The notes below the pieces were generated by a model. That model saw only the letters and a list, made by a program, of their open reading frames with translations. It ran no database searches and had not been told where the DNA came from. A program made the translations under genes and the position numbers. From the NCBI RefSeq assembly GCF_009914755.1, contig NC_060925.1: a stretch of DNA of 64,000 bases, one strand, 5' to 3'. The DNA is from the human T2T-CHM13v2.0 reference genome, Homo sapiens. Positions 50,792-64,000 of this stretch are shown here, in pieces (position 1 is the first letter of the stretch; each line of letters opens with the position of its first letter).

Positions 50792-52704
50792 TAACCAATT
50801 TAAACAAAGTTATATGGTTTTTAGGAGCATACACTAGACCAAAGGACAATCTGACCTCGAATTTATCTTTCTAATATACAGCACTGCCTGTTTGTTGATA
50901 GTGCATAAATGACTAAAAACACTAAGACTGTGCTGAAGGATCAAGTGAACCTTTGGGGCTTGTCTGGCTTTTTTCAGTTGACTTTTCCCAGCTTCTCCAA
51001 GATGTCAATCCAATCCCATCATGTCAATCCAATCAAGGAGAAGGAGACAATGTAGGTATAGAGCTAAGTAAACCTCAACAACTATTATAAATTCATATTT
51101 AATGTCCAACCATGTCATACACTAAGGTAATTTAATTCTTCCAGGAGTCTATGAGACATGTTTGCCAGGTAAGGTTACAAACCAGGGTAAGGTTACAGAA
51201 TGATTCTAGTATCTTTTATTTAATTGAGAAAGTCAAACATGAAATATCATGTTTATACAGGCATACATTGATGGGCTGAAAATGAAGGTAAAATTCTAGG
51301 GAAGGTCAACAATGAATGACCTATATTTTTACCTTTATTTTCAGCTCATCAATGAATACAAAATGAATAAGTAATTTTATTTCTCTGGGCCTCATTTTTT
51401 TTTAAATGAGAGGGATGAACTTGACCTCCAAACTTTTCCACTCACTGCAATGTATCAGCACTGTATAAAGTATATCAAAGTAGTCATAATCTATACAAAC
51501 ACCATTTATATCAATATAATAGAAACTCAGGTGATGAATATTAAAACTCAAGTAATATTCTTTGAGGATAACGTTAATCAATAATACAATGCCACACACA
51601 AGTTCTTTCCTAGACATAGTCATTTGTTTTCTGTCTTAGGTCTCTGGTATTTTAGGTTGGATCACTGTTAAATACAATGTTATTGTGGGAAACAGCGGGC
51701 AGGGGGCAGCAGATTTCAAAAAGGAACAAGCAAATGCAGTGACATTTACTACATAGACAATTATTAATACTGTAGCGGCTAAAACATTTTTATTCTATCC
51801 TTTTCTGTCTCCCGAGCTGCAATCTATTTATATTATCTATTTTTATAACTTTATATTATACATATATGTGTATATAACAAATCAAAATGTCATCATTAAA
51901 AATTAAAATTCTGAATGAAAGTAAAAATATCCATATACTTAAGCTTATGTGCTCACATACATGTACTATCTTACATGTCTATGTGTAAGTATGCATGTGT
52001 GGGTAAATCTTTAACATTTTTTTCCTCTTACTTAGTGATGATAACCATAGAACTTGTTGCCTCTCAGGGAAAAAAATGTATAATTCTGGTAAGATTTTTG
52101 ATGGTAGGAAAATAACTAGTATTATAAAATATTAACAACTCTTAAGCAGTGCCATGGGAAGGCATGAAGACACACACAGCTCTATACTCCAAAGGCCTAA
52201 AAGGAATTCAAGTTGAGTTAAAAGAAAACTAGGCAAGAGGCCTGAAAAAAGTTAGTTATTATGTTAGCTTTATTAATGTCTCATTATATTTATATGTCAC
52301 ACCATTTTATTTTGAAATGGGTTTTACAGTAAAAGTAATTTATCATAACTAGAGTGAAGTAAAAGTAACAGTTATAACCACCAGTTATGGATAGGTACAA
52401 CCCAGGCCCAGAATGGGTAAGCAACTTGCTCAAATAAAACAATGACCCAATGATTAAAGGAGAAAAAGAACTTATATTCTTTTAGTCCAACATATTGAAT
52501 ACTAAACAATAGTTGTATTAGAGAATAAAGCAGATAAAGGTAATCAGTTCATAATTTATACATATATCAAAATATCACATTGTATACTGCAAATATATAT
52601 AATTTTTATGTGTCAAAAAATCCCCCAAACATTGTTTGAGCAGCCCCTTTCCCCCAAAAATGCAGATAAAAATTTTTCATAGCATGATTTTTTAAATTAC
52701 TTAC

Positions 52705-52749
52705 TGGTTTCCCTTGAAATCCTCTTTCTCCAGGGTTTCCAGTCTTACC
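52705..52749 (-). CDS. COL24A1: Collagen exon, 45 bp, GKTGNPGERGFQGKP
   Basis: ttctttctcatgtag acceptor, CCA/gtaagt donor. Confidence 0.95.
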
Positions 52750-52867
52750 CTACATGAGAAAGAAAATTCTTGAGTCAAGTAGTCCCCTCCAAAAAGATTA
52801 ATCATACTAAGAAAAACAAAAAAGACTTAAAATGTTCATCTTTAATGTGAAATGTTTTATTACTTAC

Positions 52868-52912
52868 AATAAGACCATGAGGCCCTCTTTTTCCTTGATC
52901 TCCTTTTTCACC
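52868..52912 (-). CDS. COL24A1: Collagen exon, 45 bp, GEKGDQGKRGPHGLI
   Basis: ctttgttag acceptor with CTAAC branch-point-like motif upstream, ATT/gtaagt donor. Confidence 0.95.
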
Positions 52913-53202
52913 CTAACAAAGTATCAAAGCCAGGTGAGTTAGTAAGAATGTGAATTATGGTCTTAGTATGCTAGCATATGCTAGCATACACTCACATACA
53001 AAAAAGACAGTAAGTATATAGTTCATTATTGAAAAGAAAACATCTCTGCCTGTGTAGTAAAAACTTTATGCGTTTCATACTTAGACAAAGAGAAAACTTA
53101 GAACCATACTTTTGTAGGGAAATATATTGTTTTTTAGACTAGTAGGACATATGATCTCAATAAAATTTAACTACATATGAAATGAGAAAAATCAATGATT
53201 AC

Positions 53203-53256
53203 CTTGGCACCTTGTATACCTTGTTCCCCTAAGAGACCATCTGGTCCTCTTGATCC
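53203..53256 (-). CDS. COL24A1: Collagen exon, 54 bp, GSRGPDGLLGEQGIQGAK
   Basis: ttttcacctctag acceptor, AAG/gtaatc donor, 6 Gly-X-Y triplets. Confidence 0.95.
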
Positions 53257-53348
53257 CTAGAGGTGAAAAAAATATCCTGTTGTTAATTTGAAATGTTCCT
53301 TTTTTTTTCTTAACAGTTATGTGTCCTCACAGATGAACATGTTGATGA

Positions 53349-53651
53349 TTTTTTTTTTTTGAGACGGAGTCTCACTCTGTCGCCCAGGCTGGAGTGCAGT
53401 GGCGCGTCTCGGCTCACTGCAAGCTCCGCCTCCCAGGTTCACGCCATTCTCCTGCCTCAGCCTCCCCCTGAGTAGCTGGGACTACAGGCGCTCGCCACCA
53501 CGCCTGGCTAATTTTTTTGTATTTTTAGTACAGACGGGGTTTCACTGTGTTAGCCAGGATGGTCTTGATCTCCTGACCTCGTGATCCACCCGCCTCGGCC
53601 TCCCACAGTGCTGGGATTACAGGCGTGAGCCACCACCCACCGCGCACGGCC
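53349..53651 (-). mobile_element. AluY-type SINE
   Basis: gcaagctccgcc, ttcacgccattc Y-type features; TSD approx. aa(c/g)atgttgat. Confidence 0.93.
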
Positions 53652-53988
53652 AAGATGTTGATTTTATGCCCTGACAACAGAAAATAATACAGCTGGGTAT
53701 ATGGCTCAACCTATCTGCATGGGAGAATCAGCCCATGTTTTTAAGATTTAATGACAAATAGTAAGTCAAATGAACACAAAAATAGCTAACACAGTAGTTG
53801 AGGTGGTTATAATATAGGTGTGTTATTTGGGTATTTCGTTCACTTTATAATTTACTCAGCAGCCAGCCAGAATTTGTTCTTAATCAACTCTAAATTAAAA
53901 GTGGCTGGATTTGTTTCTCTAAGCAGTCTCCTTAAGTTTAATATTTTTAAATGGTGCTCTTCTCTTCACATTATTAGAAAATGATAGC

Positions 53989-54311
53989 AATGCAGGAACA
54001 GAAAACCAAACACCGCATTTTCTCACTTATAAGTGGGAGCTGAATGATGATAACACATGGACACATGGTGAGGAACAACACACACTGGGGCCTGTCAGGG
54101 GGCCTCGGGGGAGGGAGTGTATCAGGAAGAATAGCTAATGGATGCTGGGCTTTATAACTAAGTGATGGGATGATCTGTGCAGCAAACCACCATGTCACAT
54201 GTTTACCTATGTAACAAACCTGCACCTCCTGTACACGTACCCCTGAACTTAAAATAAAAATTGAAGAAAAAAAAAGAAATAAAGTTTAGCTGGAATAAAA
54301 AAAAAAAGAAA
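53989..54311 (+). mobile_element. L1PA 3' end fragment (L1PA7-10-like)
   Basis: 3'UTR plus A tail; TSD core agaaaatga. Confidence 0.88.
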
Positions 54312-57204
54312 GAAAGAAAATGAGTGCTGACTGCATTGTACCTGCTATGCAACTGCTTGTCAGGAATTACTGGGAGATGGCAGGGGCACAGAAAAGGTAG
54401 AGAAAATACTACTGAAAATATTCGTGTAAATTTAAAACTTCTCAGTGTTCATTCAGTAATTAGTTGCAAAAAAGCCGTTGCAAAAGTCATTCTATAAGAA
54501 AATGACAGAATAGTCTTCCATTAAATTATAACTTTCTTTGGAAGATCTTAAAGTCCTTGTTCAGGGACTTGATTCAATTCTACAGACTCTAACTGAATAC
54601 CTGTGGAAAAGGAATTATGTTAAGTGTTACAGTGATTTATAATTGAGAGAAAGTTTCTCTACTATACAAATATACAAAAGACAATAATATACAGAGAGAT
54701 AAGACATGCCAAGGACCAAAACAAGAATTCAAAGAGGGAGACAAACTTCACATTTGTAATGGGAAATAAAGATATTTTTAGCAGCTGGAGGTCAAGTTCT
54801 CATAGACTTATTCAAAATAGAAGAAACTCTACAATGAGGGATAGTATGTGAAAAAAATATAGAGGCATGAAAACAGATACTCAAAGAATAAAAAAGTAGT
54901 TTGTTTGGTTAGGCTATTGATTACATGTTGAGAAATATTAAGATGTAAGTGTGGAAAAGAAGACTGGGACTTATAAGGTGAAGGTCTGAAGTTCACTTAC
55001 AAATAATTTGGCAGAAAACTGATGCTAAAGATTTCTATACAGAACGGTGATACAAATCTCCCAGGACAACATACAGATTTGAAGGAGTCCTTTAGGCTTC
55101 AGAATCTTCTCTTGTATCCCATCTGAGATAAGCTTTGGTTTAGCTTTATATTATTAAAAGCTATTTACTATAATAGGACTCTCTTCTTGGGAACTCTTAG
55201 GGTAACTGCATTCCTTGATCCTCTGAGGCACATTCAGGGATTTGGACAGAACACACACTTCATGGAGGATCTGTAGCTCCACTGATCCTGATAAAGCCAT
55301 AGCTCCGGCCCTACAATTTCTAAGTCTATATTCAAGGTACTCCATAATCTATTCCCAACTTTCTTTCTGCTCTATTTTCCAATGAAGGACTGAAAAACTG
55401 AACTACAGTCTTACTGTGCAAGACCTTGAAGATCAAGTTGAGGAGCATGGACTTAATTTCATAGATCAGTATTTTTTAACATGTGTTATTCATTCAGCAG
55501 ATGTATACCGAGTGCCTACTATAAGCCAGCATTGTTTTAGGTCCAGAGGACATGGTAGAGAGAAGAGACAAATCCCTGAATTCATAAACAAGCAAACAAG
55601 TACGTAAAACTAAATTATAAAATGAAAATATGTAGTTAAGTATAATGAAGAAAAACAAAGAACTAGAGAGTATCCAAGGTGGGGAGGACTATTTCAGATA
55701 GGGTGGCCTGAAAAGTCTCTCTAAAGTGACATGTGGGTAGACACCTAAAAGAGGTAAGATTGCAAGCTATACAAATAATTTGGGGAAGATCACTGTAGCA
55801 GAAAAAACAGCAAGTGCAAAGTTCTGATGAGGGGTCATGCTTAGAATATTCAATAATTGAGTAGCCGAAGATGAAAAAAGAACAGTGTTCAAAGGATGAC
55901 TCAAGTTTTAAGCATGAAGGTCCCTCAGGAATTTGCTCTAATAATCACCCTCAACCCTCAAGATGATCTTGAAATTTTAGCCGTCTCTATTGATTCTTTT
56001 TCTCTAGCACCTTCAATGCCTAATTCTTCTCTTTTTGCTCCAAAAGAAACACAGCTAATTTTTTTTTGAGTAACAAAAGAAGAAGGCCAAAAGACTGTGA
56101 AAAGGAATGAGTGGTCAACATTCTAAAATACTATAAAAAACAAGTAAGGTCTAAATTGAAAATGTGTCCACTGGTAATTAATTGGGCCCTTAAAACTCCT
56201 TTACAACCTAGAATTACTATGTATTTCTTTGATATTTTATTACTGAGTAATTGGTAGAAGATAACAGCATCAATAGAAAACAAATTAGAAATGTAGGTTT
56301 GCTTAGGGTGGAGAGGGAGGAGTAGTGGAAGATAAGGAGTTTGACTCTAGATGATCAAGCCCAATGAAGTAGATATCTCCAAGGCTAGTGATAGAGAGTT
56401 AGAAAGTTAGAAGTCATTCTAAGTTTACGTGGTGGCAGCCATAAGCATTAAGCTTCAAAAGGCCCCTGGACACATAGTTGTATATTTAGAATTTTATTTA
56501 AAAAGATTGTTTGGTCCAAAGATAGAAAATACATTTCATTTCTTGGATAAAATCAGATTAAGTGGCTGCCTAGATACACGTAGAAAAGGCTGCATCTAGC
56601 TGGAGTAAGTCTCATAATTAATTGCCAGTTTCTTGTTTGGGCACAGAAATCACCTACTGCCATAGCTGAACTAGTCCAAATCCCACTTTTTAAGATGAAG
56701 AAACTGAAGTCTGTAGATGTTAGGTGAGTAGCCTGACTCCCACGATGTCTAACTGTACAAAGACTGAACGACTGTGCTTTATTAAGTTTATAATATTTTT
56801 TCAAATGTTAAAAAGAAATGAGGTTAATCCCGTCAGCAAGTGAATTCAGACTGGAAGAGAGGACCTGAAATTTAGAAGTTTACAAAATGAATATTAAACA
56901 TTCACAAGTAAAGTGCTGATTGGTATTGCAAATCAAGGAACTCCCTCTAAAATTAAGGAATACATATAGTAATAATAACCACTCATTTTATGTTTTACAT
57001 TTAAAAAATACTTTTACTACTCAAAGCAATCTAGAGATTCAGTGCAATCCCTATCAAAATACCAATGTCATTTTTCACAGAGATAGAAAAAAAATCCTAA
57101 GATTCATATGTAACACAAAAAAGAGGCTAAATAGCCAAAGTAATCCTAAGCAGAAAGAATAAAGCTGGAAGCACCACACTACATGACTTTAAAGTACACT
57201 ACTG

Positions 57205-57505
57205 GGCTGAGTATGGTGGCTCATACCTGTAATCCAACATTTTGGGAAGCTGAGGAGGGAGGATCACTTGAGCCCAGGAGTTCAAGATCAGCCTGGGTAA
57301 GATGGCAAGACCCTGTCTCTACAAAAAATTTAAAAATTAGCCAGGCATGGTGGAATATGCCTGTAGAACCAGCTACTTGGGAGGTTGAGGCAGTGGGATC
57401 ATGTGAGCCCAGGAATTTGAGGCAGCAATGTGATATGATCGCGTCACTGCACTCCAGCCTGGGTGACAGAGTTACACCCCATCTTTAAAAGATAAAATAA
57501 AATAA
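57205..57505 (+). mobile_element. AluJ-type SINE
   Basis: ggaggatcacttgagcccaggag J-type; TSD approx. aaa(g/a)ta(c/t)actac. Confidence 0.9.
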
Positions 57506-58372
57506 AATATACTACAAAACTATAGTTACCAAAACAGCATGGTACTAGTATAAAAACAGACACATAGACAAATAGAACAGAAAAGAGAGCCCAGAAATAA
57601 ATCTACACGTTTATAGCCAGCTGATTTTTGACAAAGGTGCCAAGAGCACACAATGGGGAATGGATGGCCTCTTCAATAAATGATGTTAGGAAAACTGTAT
57701 ATCCAGATGCAGAAGAATTAAACCCTTATTTAGCACCATATACAAAAATCAACCCAAAATGTATTAAAGACTTAAATATGAAGACTTGGAACTATAAAAC
57801 TTCCAGAAGAAAAAGGGGAAAAGCTCCATGACATTGGTCTGGGCAATAATTTTTGGGTTAAAACCTCAAAAGCACAGGAAACAAAACCAAAAATAGACAA
57901 ATGGGACTATGGTAAACAAAAAAGCTTCCATACAACATAAGAAACAATCAACAGTGTGAAGAGACAACCTGTTGAATGAGAGAACATATTTGCAAACTAT
58001 TCATCTGACAAGGAACTATATATCCAGAATACACAAGGAACTCAAACAACTCAGTAGTTAAAAAATAATTCTATTAAAAATTGGGGAAAGAACCTGAGCA
58101 GACATTTCTTAAAAGACAGACAAATGGCCAACAGACACATGAAAAAATGCTCAACATCACTAATTATCAGGAAAATGGAAATCAAAACCACAATAAGATA
58201 TCATCATATCACAGGAAGAATGACTATTATTAAAAAGACAAAAATCAATAGCTATTGGCCAGGATGCACAGCAAAGGGAACTCTTATATGCTGTTGGTGA
58301 GAATGTGAATTATTACTAATTCCATAGCCACTATGGAAAAGAGTATGGAGATTTCTCATAAAACTAAAAATG

Positions 58373-58739
<367 letters not shown>

Positions 58740-58978
58740 TTATCCAAAGGAAAATAAATCACATATCGAAGGGACTTTTGCACCTATGTTTATTGCAGCA
58801 CTATTCACAATAGCAAAGATATGGAATCAACTAAGTGTCCTTCAATGGACAAATGGATAAATAAAGTGTGGTATATGTACACAATGGAATAATTTGTAGG
58901 AACATGGATGGAACTGGAGGTCATTATATTAAGTGAAATAACCCAGGCACAGAAAGACAAATGCCACATGTTCTCACT

Positions 58979-59531
58979 TGAAGGAATGAAGGGCATACCA
59001 TCCCAAAATATGTCATGAAAACACTGGAGAAATTGTAGTTTCCAAAAGGGTGAGCTGATCTGTCTCCTTCTGCATGCAGCAAGCAATAAAGATCCCTCTG
59101 GGAGGGCTACCTTCTCCATACCAGTATGAGAAAATAGCCCTTATCACCAGAGTCTTACAATTGAAGGCTGCAATGGACCTGAATAAACACACTTTAATGA
59201 AGTAACTCATATCTTCCACCTGTTTTACACCCCCTCGCCAATATATCTCTTAGTGACTTCCCTAGAAATGTTTACCACTTTAGCTAGATTTTCTTTGTCC
59301 TGTCACTTTTTCTCAAATGTATCACTCTTTGTCTAAGAAGTATAAAAGCATCTTGTTTGGGGCACTTCAGACTTCACTCTCTTGTAAAGATCCCCATATA
59401 CACACAAAACTAATATAATTTGTAACTTGTCTCTTGTTAATCTGCCTGGTGTCAATCTGGTTTCCAGATCCTGCTGAAGAGCCCACTGAGGGCTAAAATG
59501 GGGGCTGGAGGTGATCTCTGGCTGCCCTACA
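58979..59531 (+). mobile_element. ERV1 MER4-group solo LTR (MER34/MER39-like)
   Basis: TG...CA ends, perfect 4-bp TSD cact; L1 reads through as ttctcact|catatgtgggagc. Confidence 0.8.
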
Positions 59532-62500
59532 CACTCATATGTGGGAGCTAAAAAAGTTCATTTCATGGAGGTAGAGAGTAGGACGATAAATACCAAAGGC
59601 TGGGAAGGGTGTATGGATGGGAGAGGGAGATAAAGGGAGGTTAGTGGGTACAAACATGCAATGAAATAGAAATAAGTTCTTTTGTTCAATAACAGAGTAG
59701 GGTGACTATAGTTAGCAATAATTTATTGTATATTTCAAAATAACCAGAAGAGTGGACTTGAAATGTTCCCAGCACATAGAAATGATAAATGCTAAAGGTA
59801 ATGAATGAAATACCCTAAATACCCTGACTTGCTTACTATTCATTCTATGCATGTAACAAAATATCACACCCACCCCATAAATACGTACAAATACGTATCA
59901 ATAAAAAAGAATGCTTCCTTAAAAAAAACCCATTACTTAGAAAAATACTTTTACTTTATTATTTCATTTTATAAGTCAAGACAACACAGGGAATGAAGAA
60001 AGAGAAGTTCTGTGCCCACAGTGATGATAACCACATTTAGTTTAAAAAACAACCTGAAGGTGTAAGTAATGCAGTTATATTAATTAAAGGTAATAAAGCC
60101 TAAAGTTGCTAGTTAAGAGTTTAAGGCTGGCAGAAGAACTCTAGGAAAGCTTGGTACTCTCTCTGTTTAAAGCAAGAGTAAGCTAATTAACTGAAAGCTT
60201 AGCTTTATCAACATCTTTAAATTTCACGCTGATATTGGTTATAGAAGTTATCCCATGGGTTACTGTATATGTCTGCTTTGACTTCTAAGACAAAATAAGC
60301 TTTACGACAGGCTGTAAGAAAGTCAAATAGCATTATAATAGGCACCTAAATTTGGCATAGTTATATATTAAAATAACCGTTTAAAAATATCTCATGGATA
60401 TTCTCTTAGAGTAACTATGCTGGCTAAAGAGAAAATCTAATATTTACATTCTTAGGAAAATTAAAGTTGGCTGCACTGAGCTGTATTAGTAAGTTCTCAT
60501 AGCAGAAATAAAAATTTGATAGCTTAGCTACATAAACTAAGCATGTTTTATAAAATAAATACTGCTTGAATTATGGGCAATAACTAAATTCATAAATGAT
60601 CAATTTACAGAACCACTACTTCGTATGATGTTAACATTACTCATGTGCCTAACTAATTAGGCCTAGCAGTCTTTTCTGGCTCTTGATTTACACAGCTGAA
60701 ACAAAACGTTCTATTAAACAAAAACTAACATTATCAGTGATTTTAAGGAAAAAAATATTTTGATTCTATTCTTGTTATAAACTATTTCAGGAGAAGAAAC
60801 CACAGAGGAGCTCTGCCTTATCATTTGGAGTGCTTCAGGTATTGAATCTAGCTTTGAATCTAAATGCGAAAATTGAGGACTGCTTCCCCCTATATGGTAA
60901 GCATTTCCTTGAAAGGGACAAATTTCAGAATTTCTATAGGCAGATCAATTTTACTTCCTCCATAGAAAACCTTAAAACATTACATATTTTTAATAGAGTT
61001 ATTTTAATCTTTCCCTCCCATTTAAATCTTAAGCAGCATAGTCTGAATAAAAATGCTCAGTTGTATGCCTCTATACTGCCCCTCTAGAGAAAGAGTGCAA
61101 ACTTAAACATGTCTCATGATCCTTGCCAATTCATAATCAAGAAAAAAGATGAGGTTAACTTCGCTCTGTGTCATCTCTCCTGTTTGGGTAGCTGGACACA
61201 GAGGCGTATAATGGAGTAATACCAAGGGATCAGTTGCCTAGTTCTGAAGAGTTCCATGTGCAGCTGATGTTGTGCTGATTTCTAGTGACCCAAGAGGCTA
61301 AACCACTATCTTTCTGGTACTGAATTAGAGAATCTGCTAGCTTATATTGTCTACACAAGGGACATGATTTTGTATATTATACTAATTAGCTTTGGTATGT
61401 TAAACTATTTCATTTTATTTAATTATTCTTCAGCTAAACATGCAGGTAGAAACAAAGCTTAGAGTATGTAGGATAAATAATAATACTTTAAAGTTTATGC
61501 CATGTTTCTTATCTAAGAATCTCTGTAAGAATGATATTTTTAGTCAATCCTGTTATCTTTTTCAGCTATATAAAAGGCAAGGTTACTTATTTCTTGAGAT
61601 GGTAGGACATTATTATTTGTTTGGGGTTTTCCTGTCCTTTGGAAAAATTTCAATACTGCATGGTACTTCAAAAGCCATCAGACTGTAAAATCTATGCAGT
61701 TTAGATGTAAGAGATAATTAAGTCTAGAATCCTCCATGGTATTAATAGTGTTTGACAGGTTGCAGGGAATCAGTAAATGTTAGATAGCTGTAAGGTGGAT
61801 GGATGGGCAGGAGAGAAGCAGATAGTAAGCAGACTCTTTGGAGTAGTCCTACCCTTCATGATGGTCATATGGCCATATGTTAACAGCATCAATCACAGTC
61901 AGAACAGCAAGAGAGTATAACTACCAGTTCCATAATGAAAATTCTCTGTGTGGTCTCTGTGCAAATGTACTTAGGGCAGAGCTTCCCTCCAACATGCTAT
62001 GACACGTATTTTCCACAAAGAGATTACAGGTATGCTGAAAATAGTGCCCTCCTCAGCCTTTGGGGTGGCAAGGAAAAGCCAGACACAGGAATCTGCAGCT
62101 AGGTCCCCTTTTCATTTATCTCAGTAGGCTGGACCAATATTCTCATTTTTTGTGAGTGAAAAACATTGGGAAGAATGGGTCTAGAGTATTGGGATTACAG
62201 CCCTAGTGGGGAATGGATTGAAGAGAGAAGAGAGTAAAAATAGGAATATATCAGTGGCTACCAGAAGGGAACTTCCCAATGCTATTTTCTTTCTCAAATA
62301 TTCTGGTCTTCGGTATGTCTTCTGTATGCCCAATGTCCATTGTTTACCTAAAATAGTAGTTCAGTAAAGAAGGCTCTCTCTCTCTCTCTCCCTCTTTTAA
62401 AGCCCTTGTTTCTAAACAAATCTTCCTTGTCTGGATACTGGGTAAAAATTTTAAAAATGATGAGGAGCCATTTCGGGAGAGAATCAGTAAAATGTATTTG

Positions 62501-63115
62501 AAGGATGTGAGGAAAATAGATCCTTGGGGAGGTAGGAATTGATGACAAAGTGACAAATCAGGAAACAGTAATAGGATCATGGTGAAGTTAGAAAACTGCA
62601 GAACAAACGAACTTTCCATATGACTTAATGAGACAGCACAAAGTGGTTTAGGAAAAGACTGTGCTTAGATACACAGCTTGTGCTTAAGGACTCAAATTAC
62701 TTAATTAACAAAAGGAACAAGTAAGTATTTCTTCTTTTTTTCATCTGTCACAAATTGGTTGAACTTTCCCATTATGACTTATACAAAGTTGAATAAACAC
62801 ATTTGACCTAACTAAATATTGAATGCTGGCAGGGTACTAACCACTAAATGGCAGTTTGGGTACAAATCATCTATCATCATTTTTTATTTTATTTTAAATC
62901 TCATTTGGGCTAATATATTAGAGATGTGACCATAGAGTATAAATCTGTAACCCAGGAAGGAAAATAGTTTTTCAGAAAGGAAACATTAATAAAGGCAAAT
63001 CTGCTCTCTTTCTTCAAGCTTCACCGAAAACACAGGATATGACTTTAAAGTCATTACTTCAAACTGGGAATTCATTAACAATTTTCTCCCATTTGCCAAC
63101 TGGAAAACTGCAAGG

Positions 63116-63150
<35 letters not shown>

Positions 63151-63295
63151 ATGGTTAGGTAGAGGATATTTTTAGAATTTTAAAATATTTTCTTCATAAG
63201 CTCTAAAACTTAAATCAAAGTAAGGTCAAGGCATAACACAGAATCCTTAAAGCCCACATATCCAAATTAATTTAAAAAATACTCCCTGATATTCC

Positions 63296-63530
63296 ATATG
63301 GTATTGAATAGCATGGGCTTTGGAGTCAGACACACTAAGGTTTGAATACTGCTTGTGCCATTTCTGTGTGTCTATAGAGGCCGTATACTTAAACTTTGAG
63401 AGCCCTGGTTCCCTCAACTATAATAGCTAAGATATAATATTTTTCTCTCTCTAGTGGTTTTGAGTATTGAGATAATATATGAAAGAGTGCCTGGCATGTG
63501 ACAGGCATGCAATAAATAGTGGCTCTTATT
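63296..63530 (+). mobile_element. MIR SINE
   Basis: ggctttggagtcagac...gtgcctggcatg...aataaatag. Confidence 0.8.
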
Positions 63531-64000
63531 TCTTTAAAAAGGATTTAATGTTTAAGATACAACTTAAAGAGATGAAGATTTGTTATTTAATTCTGTATAC
63601 ATGATTATTAGACAATGATGATTATAATAACTTTGATTTACAATTAATAAGCTCTTATTCATCTTGTGTATCTTTGTTCCACTTCTTATTGCTTTTATTT
63701 TGTCATGATGTTATTTTTCCTTGCTATGTAAGTCTGTAGAGAAATAATTCATTTAAAGATCTTCACATTTACCATTCTCTCAAAGAATGGAATTGGAGGC
63801 TGGGAATAAGAAACAAGAATTCTATATGAGTTAGTGATACATGTAAAAATTAAAATGGAAAAATGTGATTTTATAACTACAAAAGATTATGAGTTGTATT
63901 TCAATTAACATAGGGCATTCATCTAATATAATGAAAATAGAAAAAACCTGACAAGATCTAAGCAGAATTCTAGAAGGTATGATGCTATTTTTGTTGCACA

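Noticed and set aside
60029-61954. RUNX-type motifs (AACCACA x2, TGTGGT) in repeat-poor intron as an osteoblast enhancer
   Set aside because: Three 6-7-mers in 2 kb is near chance expectation; chromatin or conservation data would be needed

Overview
Primate (human-like) genomic DNA lying entirely inside a minus-strand fibrillar collagen gene, recognised from its peptide as COL24A1. Eleven GT-AG, phase-0 Gly-X-Y exons (54,45,45,54,54,54,54,54,108,54,108 bp in transcript order; 684 bp = 228 aa = 76 uninterrupted triplets) lie between 53256 and 4510. The rest is intron, densely filled with L1, Alu, L2, MIR, solo LTRs, DNA transposons and a retroposed 5S rRNA pseudogene. Almost all ORFs in the supplied track are repeat-derived or chance ORFs. 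I see no evidence of a new gene system. The most unusual signal is two independently inserted L1PA copies about 4.7 kb apart (each with its own TSD; one is twin-primed/inverted with a short 3' extra segment) that share several apparently private variants. Repeat subfamily names and consensus comparisons are from recall and need RepeatMasker/Dfam confirmation; old-repeat boundaries are approximate.
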